Source: Nemertoderma westbladi (lineage: Eukaryota; Animalia; Xenacoelomorpha). Taken from it: a stretch of 64,000 nucleotides of DNA. This document shows positions 1 through 14,102 of this stretch, one piece after another. Under the pieces are notes generated by a model. The model was not told where the DNA came from. It saw nothing but the letters and a program-made list of their open reading frames with translations, and ran no database searches. How positions within the stretch are numbered: position 1 is the stretch's first letter; every line of letters begins with the position of its first letter. A program made the position numbers and the translations under genes. The stretch lies in the NCBI GenBank assembly GCA_032718475.1, contig JAUCBJ010007289.1:420741-484740 (forward strand), read 5' to 3'.

Positions 1-203
1 TATTTCTATAAATTTGGGCTGAAATCATACCGGTATTCTGTAATTACTTCTAGTTAATTACAATACTTATATATACTATAAGTGTATACCGGTATTCTAA
101 TATATTGTAATTAATTACCGGTACTAGGCCAACAGTCATACTAAATTACTAGACTTGCTTTAACTGTAACTATAGCAGTAAGCATTCAACTGTATAGATA
201 AAC

Positions 204-3200
204 ATGTCTGACACCCAGCAAAACCTGTCAGACAGTCTAATCGATACAACCATCTGTGACACAGATAGGAGTGTGGAGCGATTAAGAAAGGGGTTCAGCT
301 CACCTCCTGCTGAAAGAAAGGTCATCCCTCCAGTAGTAGTATCAGACCCTAGGCTAATCCAACACCGTAGGTCTATCATCGGCACTCGGGCCCAGGTCAA
401 ACAGAATCAAGAAGCAGCTGTCCAACTGCAGCAACAGCCTAGTCAAGAAACTCGTTCCCAGCGACCCGATAGCTCCAGTAGTTCGGATACTGTAGAGCTG
501 ACCCCCGAACGCGGAGTGAAGATGGCGGATGCAGCCTATTCGGATCCCCTTCTCACTCTTCCTGCCGCAGTACTAACTACGATATTGATTGCGGTGGAGG
601 AACACCAAGCCGATTGGGCAAGAAGTAAGCGAGCGACCCAAGATAGTTATGCGGGATACGACAGGGAAGAATTGATGTCTATTGTCGAGTCACAATGGAA
701 CTTTCCCTGACCCGGATTCCCGTTAGACTTGTCTGAAGCTACCTGGGAAGACATACACAGGATGGGAGTGACTAAAGATACGATGGATCCAGCTGTTTGG
801 AAGAGGTCGGCAGCAGGATATGTGCAGGGATTCTTCGGCTCATTAGAGCGATTAGAAGAACAACTGTTTCGACAACCCCAAGGACCTCAAGAGCAGGAAG
901 AGCTGCTTTATCAAGTATGCGAAAGAACCCTACGCATTAGACTAATCCTATCAGCCTTTGAGGAAACTTCTAAAAGAAGACAGGACACGTCGCTGCAAGT
1001 TGCTGTCAAGACTTGGTTCCAGCGGGTAGGTCTCAAAGTTCAAGAAACGGCCCAGTGGAAATCCCAGCTGGCTGAGAGACCAACCTATGAAGAACCAACC
1101 GATGCCACCCTTTCTCAAGAGGAAAGCGAAGGGACAGCAGCGGAGAAGCCGCCCTCTAGAGACGCTATTGACATTTATCTGTCCGACTATCAGCGATTCC
1201 TAGGAGACGAAGAGTTGAGGAGACGACTGGCTGGACTTCGCCCCAATAGTGAAGGAGCCAAGCTTGTGTTGGACTCAATCGATGCGGAAATGTTAGCTGC
1301 AAACCAAGCTAAATTTGATGAAAAACTCCGCCTCGCTAGAGTCCAAGAAGAACAAGTAAAGAAAAAACGGATAGAGGACCGAAAGGCAGCAGCGGCGGCA
1401 GAAGCAGAAGCAGAAAGAAAGGCAGCAAAGGCAGAAGCAGAAAGAAAGGCAGCAAAGGCAGTGGCAGAAGCAGAACGGAGAGCGTCTGAGGAGATTACCC
1501 AACTGGAGTTGGAAAATCTGCAAGAGACGCAAGACAACATAAATAAACAGTTAACTGCTAGTCAAATGCAGATGATGATGATGAGATGATGAGATCTACT
1601 CCCAAACGCCAGGGATACACATCATCGGAGGAAAGCGAAACCACCGATCCTGAAGGTGGAGGAAATAGATCTCGTCTAAGCAGGCGTAGAAAAACATCTC
1701 ACCGTCACAAATTGCCTGATTTGCCCCCAGCGGTTAGAAGACAACTAGCTAGCACAGACTTAAGTAGTATAGAACCTACAGACCAAATTATTAAGGTCAA
1801 AAGACTCCCTACTATAGTTGATGAGCCTGAAATAATTAGGCCTGTCGTTCCCAAAGCCACTCCTGTGCTAGAGACCCCTGTACTTCCAGAGCTTAACTCT
1901 AAATTCCCTTTACACAGTACTACACTGCCTGTACCCGGTAGAACAGTCCATGAGAATATCCCTGTCCTGGAAGCTGAGAGAGAAATCAAAGATTTGTCTC
2001 CCGTCGTCCCGCGTCGGCCCGCTACAATGTTGGCGACTCCCACTTCGGCGGTCGAGTGGGTAGAGGAGGGACGGCGGGGGATGAATCTCCTGCTCGGACA
2101 GATGCAGGAGACTGTCCACCAACTTAAGGGAACAGTAAGGGAAGGTAGGGCAGAATTGCAAGAAGAGCAGCAAAGTATCGCGCTAGAACGCGACAAATTA
2201 GTCAATATACAAAAGGGTATACCAATACCCCCAGTAACATTGTGTCAACCTGTTAGGTCTGAAGTATTACATGCGCAAGGTGTGGAGCCTACACGCATCT
2301 ATACTGCTAGTGAAGTAGAAACTCCTATAGCAAACCCTATTAAGGGTGATTATAAACCTGTTGTTAATGATATTCCTTATAGACCTGATAATAATCCGAG
2401 AAATTTATATACCGATAATTCGATATTAAATAATACGATGGCCCAAGAAAGCTTTACGCGTCAGATGGCTAGAACAGAAGCCCGACAAGTGGTCAAAGTG
2501 GGAGAAATCGTCAAATTCAATGGAGATGAGATGAAATGGTTACCCTTTAATGAATATTACAAAGATAGCATACAGAACTCTGTACTATCTAATGGAGAGA
2601 AACTTAGATTCCTCATCAAGTGCTTGGAAGGACCTCCCAAGTTAATGGCGTTAAAGTTTATTGGACATCCAGATGGATTAAGACAAGTTTGGGACACATT
2701 AAACATCAGGTATGGTAACAAGGATAACATAGCTAAGTTTTTGTATGCAAAATTAGTAGCCCCCCGAAACTTCCTTAGTAGCGGGATTATAGAGTTTTCC
2801 GATGAGATTCAGGAGATCTGTAGACAATTGGACTGGTTAGGTAAGTCTCATGAATATCAGAGTTCCATGGTTATTGGAGCTGTAGTCTCTACTTTACCAA
2901 AGGGTGGAGTATGTACACGCTGGGATAAGAAGGTGTTGTATATGAATGAGCAGCAACGACGAGGCCCTACCATGGCTGATCTCATGTCCTTCTTAGATGG
3001 TGAAGTAAAGCTACAACTCATCAAGCAGTCCAGAGAGAAAACATCGGAAAATAAGGTAAGTGAGAAACCCGTTTCTAGGAGAAGAGTAACACCAGTGTGT
3101 TACACTGACGACGGCGAAAGCCAAGCTTCTCAAGAAGAAGACAGCGGAAAAGACACTGACAAATTTTACTACGTTAACAAAACCTCAAAAGACGTAAGTA

Positions 3201-6200
3201 AATACAAGGCTCGAACCAACGATAGGAGAGAACAGGTTGCCAAGACTCCTCCTCAGTCTCCTAACAGAATGCACGGAAGAAAGCCCGAAGAAAGAACGAG
3301 AGTGCATCAAGTTACCCAAGGTAAAGTGAGTAACATCAAACCAAACTGTGCGCTGTGCGACGGGTCCCACCGTTTGAGTGCGTGTGCTGAATTTCTAAAG
3401 AAATCCCTTGTAGACAGACGTGCAGTCATGTGGGATAAGCGGTTATGCTATAATTGCCTCAGATCAGGACACCAACGGCGAACCTGTTACTCCGACGTAA
3501 AGTGTGCAAAGTGTGGCGCGAAACATCACATCTTGTTACACAGTGAGTTCGAACGAGACAACCCGAGTCAGGTAAGTGAGCCTGAGCTACATGTCCAATT
3601 CAGTGATGTAAATGACACTGATCAAGAGTCTGAGATGGAAGGATTCTATACTGACGAATTCTCCGACGCCAACGAATCCTGTTATCTAATCAATACCGCG
3701 GTGTATCGAGCACTTACTTACGAAAAGGACACCGACAATGAGTTCCCCCCAACTACTTTTGCCAGACAACCATCTTGGAAAGCCCCAACTTCCAACGTAG
3801 GAATCAGAGAATTTCCTGTAGTGCAGGTGAGGTTCATGGTCCTAACAAATATCTTTGCTGGACAACCCAAATTCCGGACTAAATTGAATATGTCAGGAAT
3901 TATGCAGGTTTGGAAATCTACCCTAATGGCAGATTACTATGTAGGTGTGTTGTCCACCCCCCAGGATAAATTAGGAGCACAAGGTATAAGGTCGGTAAAA
4001 ATGGTGGCTATAAAGAACTTTGCTACTACCCAAGCAGATCTTTATAATTGGGACGAGGATGAGAGCATCCAACAGCTTAAGATACCTCGATTCCAGACAG
4101 ATTATCCTGGAGTGCAAATACTCATCGGCCAAAACGCGCATGAGGTGCTCGAGACATTGGAGAAACGGCCTGCTCAACCGCAGCCACTGCAAACCTATGC
4201 GGTAAGAACTAGAGTAGGTTGGTACTTTACTGGCCCTTCCCGCAGAACTCTCGAAGAGAGAATGCCACAAGAACGAATATACCAAGCAAACGATTGTGAA
4301 GTGGAGAGCAGTGAGGTGGACGAACTAACTGAGGGAACACCATACTCCTCAGATAATGACGACATCTACCAATTCTTCGATGAAGAGAACACAATCGACC
4401 TACTTACAGAAAACAAAACTTGGAAAAACCAGGTGAACCTATGTCAACTGATTCGCCCATCGGGACCCATTGACTACAATGATGAACTAAATGACGAGAT
4501 AGAGCGCTACAACGCTAGAACTCGGGACGAACTCGCCGTACGATTCTTTACTCAAGAATTGGTAGAGCCCAATTCATACGATAAGGCCCTATCGATAGAA
4601 GAAGAAAGAGCCAAGCAAATCCAGGAAACAACTACACGTTTTTTAAAAGATCAAGGTAGATATGAAATCGGCCTACCATTTCGAAAACGAGAACCTAGAT
4701 TTATAAATAACAGACCCTTGGCAGAGAAAAGAATCACTCAATTACATCGACGCCTTACGGCTAATGCTTCAGCTAAAGAGATGTACCAAACTCAGTTGAA
4801 GAAATTTATTACAAAGGGATACGCGGAGCGAGTACCGGAAGGAACACCAGTAACTGAGAGAACGTATTACTTAACACATCATTACGTTCCCAAACCCGGT
4901 AAACCCCATGAAGTACGAGTCGTATTCGATGGCTCCGCTCTATATATGGGCCAATCCCTCAATTCCGAGTTGTTACCAGGACCCAACTTACTCCAATCTT
5001 TGTTGGGAATACTTTTAAGATTAAGACAATATTCCATCGCGTTCGCCTCCGATATAGAAGGAATGTTCTTACAAGTCAAGGCGCTGGATAGAGATAGAGA
5101 CAGCCTGAGATTTCTGTGGTGGCCTGAAGGAGACCTCAACCAGAAACCGGTAGAGTACTGGATGACCATCCAGGCTTTTGGGATCATATCAAGCCCTTCC
5201 AACGCCTGCTCCGTGGTGCGGACCACTGCGAATGACAACCGGGACGCCTTCTCAAAAGAGGTGATAGACAACATCAAGCGTAATATATACATTGACGACA
5301 ATTTAAGGTCCCTTCCATCAGTAGAAGAAGCCATTGATGTCGCGAAAGGAACGGTAGAGTGATTGAAAAGAGGTGGATTTCGACTGACGAAATTCACCAG
5401 CAACTCCCGTGAGTTTCTGGAAGCGATACCTGTAGAAGACCGAGGAACGAAAGACCTAGACTTAATAAAGGATGATCTTCCAGAAACCAAGACGCTCGGC
5501 TTGAAGTGGGACACAGAAAAGGATATCCTGTTTTTTCAGCTAAAACAGCGAGATAATCCAGTTCGGACCAAACGGATTTGTTTAAGTATCCTGAGCACTT
5601 ATTTCGACCCATTGGGATTTATTAGCCCAGTTATATTGATTGCTCGGAGTTTAGTACAACAAATGTGGCTTGAAAACCACTCATGGGACGATCCACTTAA
5701 GGGAGAACTGTTAAAGAAGTGGATGAAATGGGAAGATTCTCTACCTGCCATCGAGAGCTTTGTAATTTCCCGTGCATATTTTGGTCATGTTCTTCCTACG
5801 TATTCCTATCAACTCCACGTGTTTGGAGACGCCAGCGACATGGGAATAGGTATAGTAGCATATCTGCGAGTCGAAACTCCGGATGGAATCAAAGTCGCCT
5901 TGGTTACCTCTAAGGCATTGATTAACAACAAGTTAAAGGTTCCTCGAGCGGAGTTAAAAGTGGCTTTATACGCTACAGCCATCGGCCGGAATGTAACAGA
6001 ACAAATCGACTATCCACTGGAGAAAACTGTTTATTGGACCGACGCTTTACTCGTGTTGGAGTATATAACCAATGAAGTCTGTCAGTTCAGCGTTTTTGTT
6101 ACTAACAGAGTAGCCATTATTCTTAGTCGCCCAAAGATAGATCAATGGAGACATTGCCCTGGTACGATTAATCCAGCCGATATCGCCTCCAGGGGAGCAA

Positions 6201-8173
6201 CTCCGCAGGAACTGATAGATACTCCAGACTGGCTGGGTGGACCCGACTTCCTGAGCAAGGAAGAGGATGAATGGCCTCCTCACCTTACTACGGCGGAGAT
6301 TAGACAAGCCAAGGGAGCGGAGAAAGTCAAACCTAAAACCCGGGCGAGTAAATCGAAGTTATTTAAACCGACGATCGATCTATCTGTATTACATACTTCC
6401 GGAAACGATGCTTCGGATCCACAATCCCTCGCCACAAATAAGTCTGTTGTGGAAATTAGAGATAGAGATTGGAAATCTGGAATACCAGACGTCTCGCAAG
6501 GAATCTCACCCCTGCTGCAGAGAGCAATGCATCACTACAGTTCCTGGAATCGGCTCTGTAAAGCCGTCACATATTTAAGGCGATGTTTTCATCATCACTA
6601 CTCCAGGACGAAGACCATTAGTGATACCGCTCCATTGACATCTGCGCAAGTTCATGTTATTAAAAATTTACCTAAATATAAGACATCCGACCGGTTTCTA
6701 AAGGAAAAAATCAGTTACCAGGAGCATGAAGAAACCAATAAGCAGATACTGAGACTCCTGCAATGCTATGAGGATTCCGATAAGTATTTCCTGTTGTTGA
6801 GAAATCCGCAGATGCGCTTAAGGGATTGCTTCTCTAGCACAATGATAGATGGGTTAATACGTGTTGGAGGAAGGCTCACCAATGCGCCATTATCCTTTGA
6901 CACTAAATTCCCCATACTCATTAGAAATCTTGAGGTACAAATCAAGATGATTGTAGATGTTCACAGTAAACTTTATCATGCTGGTAGAGAACGAGTTCTT
7001 AGCGAAATCCGAACTCGCTATTATTTTGATAAACCCCGTAGAGCTCTGAACCAAGTTCTTAGGAACTGCATACCCTGTAGGAAAGCATTCAGTAGGCCTT
7101 TAACACAGCGAGAGGCAGAATTACCTAGGGAACGAGTAAGCTTCTATGAACCACCTTTTACTAATACTGGTGTAGATTTATTTGGCCCTATTGAAGTATA
7201 TCGTGCTAGGACTATAGTCAAGAGATGGTGTGTCATCTTCGTATGCATGACTTGTAGAGCCATCCATCTCGATATGGTGAACGATCTATCTACCAACAGC
7301 TTCGTCTTAAGTTTACGCCGACAGATCGCTCGCTTCGGGACTAGTAATACCATGAGATCGGATAAGGGAACGAACTTCATTGGTGCCAACAACGAAATCC
7401 AGGCTTATGTGAAGGACTGTAACCAAAGACAGGTGGACGATCAGCTAAGGATAACAGCGTCTAGCTGGACCTTCAACGCCGCCGACGCCCCTTGGTGGGG
7501 AGGAAGTTGGGAGAGATTAATTAGAAGTGTCAAGACCGCATTTCACTTTATAGTGCCATGCCGCGCGTATCTCACCGACGAACTTTTGCGGACGTTAATG
7601 GAGGAAATAGCTGCCTATCTCAACGAGAGACCGCTTATGCCAGTCTCATCGAGTCCCGATTCCCTGGAAGCGCTAACACCCGCGCACTTCCTACTGAAGA
7701 AACCTGTAGCCATGCTCCCACGATCGGAGATTGCCGACGGAGACGAATACTGCCGTCGAACTTGGCAACTTATGCAGTTGCTTTCCCGTCGTTTCGCTGA
7801 CCATTTCGAGAAACATTATCTGCCCACGCTGCAACTTCGAACTAAGTGGTTTGCGCAGCAAGAAAATGTCAGCGCCGGAGATATGGTGCTTATTGTAGAT
7901 TCAGACCTTCCACGTAAACGGTGGCAGACAGGTCGTATCATCGAGACTCACATCTCAGATGATGGTTTAGTGCGCTCGGTAGAACTCGTCGTCATGCGGC
8001 GTAACTTCAAGAAGCCAGGCATAATCTTTGAGACGCAACAACTCAATCGCCCAGTTGGTCGTTTATGTTTGCTGGAAAGAGACCGAGAACTCTCCGGAAA
8101 CTATGGAAGGCAAGACACTCTTCCCACGACCACCTCCCTAATTCCTCAAACATCTAGGGACTCCCCAACGTGA
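204..8173 (+). pseudogene. gag-pol: gag-pol polyprotein of copy 1, disrupted
   Basis: Has BEL Gag core (KFNGDEMKW..EKLRFLIKCLEG), three BEL-type zinc knuckles (CALCDGSHRLSAC, CYNCLRSGHQRRTC, CAKCGAKHHILLH), RT (YIDD here, YMDD in other copies), RNase H (LHVFGDAS) and integrase (GVDLFGP, SDKGTNF, WGGSWERL). Lesions versus other copies: TGA at 708-710, frameshift in an ATG repeat at ~1580, deletion of the protease active site LLDSGS at ~3850, TGA at 5360-5362. Confidence 0.95.
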
Positions 8174-8180
8174 TACGTCT

Positions 8181-8511
8181 GGAGTGGGTGTATGACTATA
8201 TTATTCTATCTATTTTATTATATTTTATATGCGAACATTATTATGTACTTTATTATAATCGTTTTTATTTAATTTTATTTAGTAGAATGTTATTTTAGAT
8301 TATTTAGTAGATTAGTGCAATATATTAGTGTTTATTACGTAATTACATATATATAATATATATTTAGTGTGACGGCGAGAAATAATTCTTTTTCTCTTTC
8401 CTTACTGTCCGTATTCTATTATAAATATGAGACTACAGTAAGATGACATGTCAGTACTTATTAAAGTACAATAAAGCTCCTACTATATTTAAGTATTATT
8501 GGTAGGCAGAG
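8181..8511 (+). other. Internal PPT-like/LTR-like/PBS-like cassette just after the pol stop (also 36257-36585)
   Basis: GGAGTGGG-TGTATG follows the pol stop, then ~310 bp AT-rich DNA with TATAAATA and ATTAAA/AATAAA, then TGGTAGGCAGAG. Conserved in copies 1 and 2. Interpretation is inferred. Confidence 0.4.
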
Positions 8512-8689
8512 TATTAGGAATGCAAAGTTCAGATCCTCGTGTCTCGGCTAAACCAAGCTCTGGGTAGACCTTGGAAACGACTTGCCTCTTCACACTGACA
8601 TTGCTTCGTGCGATATTGCCCTTCTACCTTATATTAAATAATACATATAGTAGTGTGATGTCCCTATAACAGTAGCGTAAAACGCAAAT

Positions 8690-8990
8690 AAATCTGTTAA
8701 ACCTTTTGACCATCTGTAATTCTAGTCGATTAAGATATCGCGGCACCCACCGATATACTTGAAAGACAAATTCTAGAATCAATGGTTAACGTCCCCAGAC
8801 AAGTTCTGGAATAAATCGGCGCCCATCTTAAATATTAATTTAATATATATTAAAATCTGTAAAATTCAGATCCTTTAAAATTTCTAGTCAATTAAGATAT
8901 CGCAGCACTTACCGATACTCTTAAAAGACAATTTTATAGAATTAAGGATCCTAAGTCACCAGACATGCTCTGGAATAAAATTGTGTCAAT
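8690..8990 (+). repeat. ~163-bp imperfect tandem duplication in the pol-ORF3 spacer; each unit can fold into a long hairpin (also ~36765-37070)
   Basis: AAATCTGT...TTCTAGTC.ATTAAGATATCG...CCGATA...CTGGAATAAA occurs at 8690 and 8853, with inverted arms visible in each unit. Confidence 0.75.
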
Positions 8991-9778
8991 TTTAACGGGA
9001 ATAAATTTAAATTCATATTTTAAATGAATTTCATAAATTGTCATTATGTGCAATTTATAACATTCCCAAAATTTCATTAATTAATAGATCATGGGAGCGG
9101 AGATTCATCCTATTGAGTGTATTAGAGTGCGAGAATCTCCAACATATAGTCAATAGCCGATAAAATTAATAAAATCATGCATAGAGAGGATATTGACAAT
9201 TAAAGAATTACTATTAAATAGCATTCCAGATCTGTATGCATGAGAATTACCCTAATTCTACCGCTAGCTTTCCATAATGTCACCATAGCAACACCCACGC
9301 TAGAATTAGAAGCAAGTTAAAAGAACAATAGAAAGCTTGTCCCATTGCATAGCATAGAGAATACATAGCACACTGTTAGTATCCAAGGATACACCGTAAT
9401 AACGTGACATTCTGGAAGGCACTGACTAACGGACAAATGGCCTGTATGTGTACAATTGGTGACAGTTATGTGGAATTTATGCGTTTATAGGTGAATGTTA
9501 CTGCTAAAGTATGTTTACAGTAGCTAGTCGCAATTGTGAAAGTAACCCAACTCTCCTATAGAAAGAACCTAAAGTGGATCCAAGCCTTTGGGACGGACAG
9601 TGGAGTGACTTGTGCCGGTTATCGTTGTCGTGCTGTTGCTACATGTTGGCGTAAACACCGCGACAGCGGTACATCGGCGCTGAGAATCCCACTGTCCGGG
9701 GGCAAAGAGAGGTAGGCAGCGACGCCCGCTCGCCTAAACATAAACTCATTACAATATTAATAAACTCAGATAGCAGAT

Positions 9779-12700
9779 ATGACGGAGTTGATAGAAGATG
9801 ATCTTGGTATCAGGGAGCGATATACTCTACCTTTACAAGCATTTGTGGATAGCTTAATACGCGGTGAAGCCGATCCAACCATTACGGAGGACGATGGTCG
9901 TTATATCGAACCGCCGATGTCCCAAGAGCAACTTGCTCGTGAATTGGACTATCGAAAATTCACCGCTCGCTATACGAATCGTAATGGTACATATATGGAC
10001 TTCTTAACTACCGGCCATCCTATCGATTTACATGATACGGACGATGTAGACACAGAAAGGGAAATGGTTCTATTTAAATATCATACCCAGCGGAGTCGTA
10101 ACGATAAACTGAGAATAGAACACGAAAATTCTATTCGTAACAGACTGGAAAGAGAAAACGTTGAAGAACCGGACAAACGCATCGACTTCAACGACTACCT
10201 GGAATTTTTGAGAGAAACTTATCTCAACACCGCCAGTCAACAGAACCTAGAGACTCGATATCCTCAAGGTATATATCATGACCCTATGGTAGAACTCAAA
10301 TGGCTCTATTTCACTATGATGTATCTTACCGCCGATCGTCCACTACCTGTTATCCCGGATAGTTTTGAACAAATGGAAGAATATTGCAAAACTGGAGAAC
10401 GATCACCCGCGTTTCCTCTACAGGACGTACGTCTTTGGTATTATTGTGACGAATGCCCTAGACACAACCAACAAACTGAAAGACATAAACATCCGCGGAG
10501 ACGTTGCGCTAAACACAGCTTTACGCGTTATACTTACGGGAGTTTCGAGCGAAACCTGTTCGACGTATCACCTACGATCGCTCGTCTTAAATGATCACTA
10601 AATAAACCTATGATCAGAGTTCCGGAATACTCGGTCAGGCCTCCTCATTCCCTAGTGAGACCTCAAACTCTTGATCCTAACAGTATCACTGATCCTCCCG
10701 AACTATATTCCCTGTTCAAAGATTTAGTGCTACCCGAACAATTAATCGGTGGTGCTCCGGTAGTGGGTTCGTTAGACATTCGCCCATCCTACTTAGCCGG
10801 ATTGGGACGCGGGCAGCTAATATCGCCATTTAATCCTTACAATCGTCCAGGATTAAACCCGATGCAACCCGCCACGGAAGTCGAAGAGAGCGTTATAAGA
10901 AACGCTTTAGACGCCATTCGACAGAAGATCGAAAAGGGAACACAAGATTGTTTAGAGAAACGTAAATTACAACAACAAGTCCAATCGGTGAAGGAGTTAG
11001 CCTTGCCACAGTTTGATAGAGAAATCCAAAACCTCGAGGAGGACATCGAGCTTGGACGCACGTATTCTCTACAAGAGTTTTTAGATGAACGCTTACAGAG
11101 ACAAGCGGAAGAAAATCTACTCGAGGAGAAACACACGAAAATGGACGAAAGAGAAGAAGCCGCTTTAGCCCAACCCGAAGCTCAAATCCTTATGACAGAT
11201 CTCTACTCTAAAACCGTCCGTCATCCCTCGATGGTTCCACATTTCGGAGACAAACTCTTCGCGACGATACAACCCCAACCGGTTGATATCAGTACGGGAT
11301 CGCAAAATCTTATCGCTGACGCCCCTATGTTACAGCGTCCGCCGATCGAGGCCGCTCGTGTTGACGGTATACTCGTTGAACCTCCGGACAATCGAGCGGA
11401 TCTTGTCCGTCGTATGGTACACGATGTCAACATATGCGCTAGACCTTTACAGAACTCGTTTTATGGGATTAAAGACCACCCTTATTACGTTAATCTGACT
11501 CAATATTATATGGTAAAACCAGAAGACCCGACGCATAATTTAAAGTTTCTACCACTAATAAATCCTCTAGACGTTGTCGAACTCGAACAATTGCAGAAAC
11601 ATCTGGATCAGTTGGTAAAGGTAAACTCATTTAGAAAACCATATAACATTTCTCGAATCGAGAAGGATATAGAACCTCCTTATAATCTCGATGGATTTAT
11701 TAAAACTCGATTAGTCCATTGGAATCTAGATGTATTATTTGAAGAAGAGAAAATACAAAGATATGGAAATGTGGAGACGTATACCACTCGGCACATGAAG
11801 TATAGTGATCTCCCTGACGCTAACCAATGCGCCACCTTGTGGCATCCAGTAGGGATGACCCTAGAGAACGCCACCAAAGAGTGGAATGAAACTCTTAATG
11901 TCATTGAGATGTATGGAGTTGTCACCTATGATAATGAAGGTAGCGTTCCGGTCGGAGAACTAGGAACTACGCGCATGATCCACATACGCGGATTAGCTGG
12001 TTCTACCCACGTGTTTACTCGAGCGTGTTCCGACGTGATTGATTATTCCTTCGAAACTCTCACCGAAACGCAAAAGAATCTCCGACATGGACAATTCGAA
12101 CTCACGCAGCGTTACGTCATTGACACCGAACGCAAACCGGCCATGGGTATCGATGGATCGATGTTACCCCAGCCCGTACTCGAGATGTTGTTCAACGAAA
12201 GAATCCTTAAAATCGGCTCAGCTGTTTATGGAGATTTCCAAAACGACTTTCGGAATATGGAGAACATTCCATACCCTTTCGTTGATACTCAGCTGATTGC
12301 TCCCTGGGCAGAAGGTCGAGGTTTCTTCCGCACCATGTATGCTAATACGTCCAGCAACATTACAAAGGTGCAACGAACTTCCATAGGACATCTTGCCTTT
12401 CAGGAATACGGATGGAATTTCAAAGTCGGAAATCCCATCAACTATCAACAAGTATACGGAGACCATTATTCTCGATTATACTTTGATGGACCATTGACCG
12501 CACCTGGCGCCGTGTATAGCTTCATGAGTGTTCCACTCTGTCCCTCCTTAGCTATCTACACGATCTTTGAAAACACCGCACTTGCCGGTTGGCTAGCCGA
12601 TGTGTGCAGTCGTACTATACGCGCCCATCCATTAATACTTGGGACCAAACTCGCTAAGCTAGATGAACATAATAAATTCATCCGCTTCGAATGTTTCCGG

Positions 12701-14032
12701 CGATTTTTAACCCCGTTCCGCAACGTGGATAGCCAATTTAAAGACCGCGCTTTGACCAAGCTCAGCCTAAGAAACTCAGCTGCAGAGAAGTTGGATAGCG
12801 CTGGATTTGCCATTTTCAAAGAGATTTGTATATCGAACTTGTACTCCTCTGTTATACAAAGACCTCGAATCCCCACAGGTTATTCTGTCGTGGAAATTCA
12901 GACAATAGGTCCACTTGAAGAGACAGACACTCCCACCTCAGCTATGCACTGGGAAGACGAACCAATATGCCTAGAATCTGAGGAGATTCAACCTATCGCA
13001 CCCCGGAACAGCGACAACGATTATATCCTAGAATGGTATCAAGGTCCACAGTGTCTCACTGCGTACGATTATCGCCATGCCAACTATGTCTCTCGGCAAC
13101 GTTGTCGGTTATGCGCATCGAGAGACCATGTTACGCCCACGGACACAAACGTCCGCTGTTCCTATTTCCAAGAAAAAGCGACAATGGAAATTTATTGCGC
13201 ATATTGCAGACTCAATAACTTGCATATTTTTGCGGTTTGCCCTCAATTTATGACTCAATGTCACCATTGTCAACTAAAGGGACACGCCAGTTTCGATTGC
13301 CCTTTTAATCACGATTTGGAAAGCATAGATGAAATGATCACACTACGTTACATCAGAGCTTGGGAAGCGAACGCTGATTTACATTGTGATTCGCGCCATC
13401 GCTATTATCCTGGACGCGCTTACGAAGGAGTTTATGCGTTCCATCCTTACCTATTCGCTTCTGTCGAACAGAAATCACGCATGGCGAGTTACGAACTACT
13501 AAAGCGCGTCGGAGAATGTATTTCAACCAAGTTCGTACGCAAATTTCTCAGGAGTGTTAATCCTAGCGACCTTCATTCATATAACCTAATCAATTATATC
13601 CGTCAGGATCCGGACTATGGAGACTTATTTGTTAACTCACACCCCGAGTTAAAGGAAGTATATCGACGGCCTTACGAATACCGAGCCCGCGAACGCGAGT
13701 TGGAAAGAACCATTAAACCCAGGAAGTTTCTGACTGCCTATGGTCCACCCACGGCTCTCGTTCAGACCACTCGTAAAGGACCCGTAAGAGCGGCCATCCT
13801 AAAACGCGCTCTCAAGGCCGTTAGACCCCTCTCCCCCGACGTTGATGTCAATCAACCCGGCACTTCGACTGGCGGATACACCGACCATAATCCTACACCC
13901 TCTGATGCAATCATATTGCACCCTTCACCCAGGAGTTATAGCCCTCCTTGTAAAGTGGCTCACCCCAAAGAGAAAAAGACTCTGGCCAGCTTTAAAAAAC
14001 TGCGTAAACGCCGTCCGCGCAAGAAGGACTAA
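9779..14032 (+). pseudogene. ORF3 of copy 1: ~1,417-aa accessory protein (DEDDy 3'-5' exonuclease-like domain plus zinc knuckles) with one premature stop
   Basis: ORFs 9779-10594 and 10610-14032 are in frame. TGA at 10592-10594 is CGA in copy 2. Motifs VVTYDNEG, LPQPVLEMLFNERILKIGSAVYGD, CHHCQLKGHASFDC. Ends KKLRKRRPRKKD. Confidence 0.85.
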
Positions 14033-14102
14033 CTGTTTAGAGTATTTACGTATATTAGAAACTGTGATTTTGGTATATTTATAGACTTGAATCCCATTTT
14101 CT

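Noticed and set aside
9779-10594. Separate 271-aa gene upstream of a 1,140-aa gene
   Set aside because: Same frame, and the TGA is CGA in copy 2, where the ORF is continuous.
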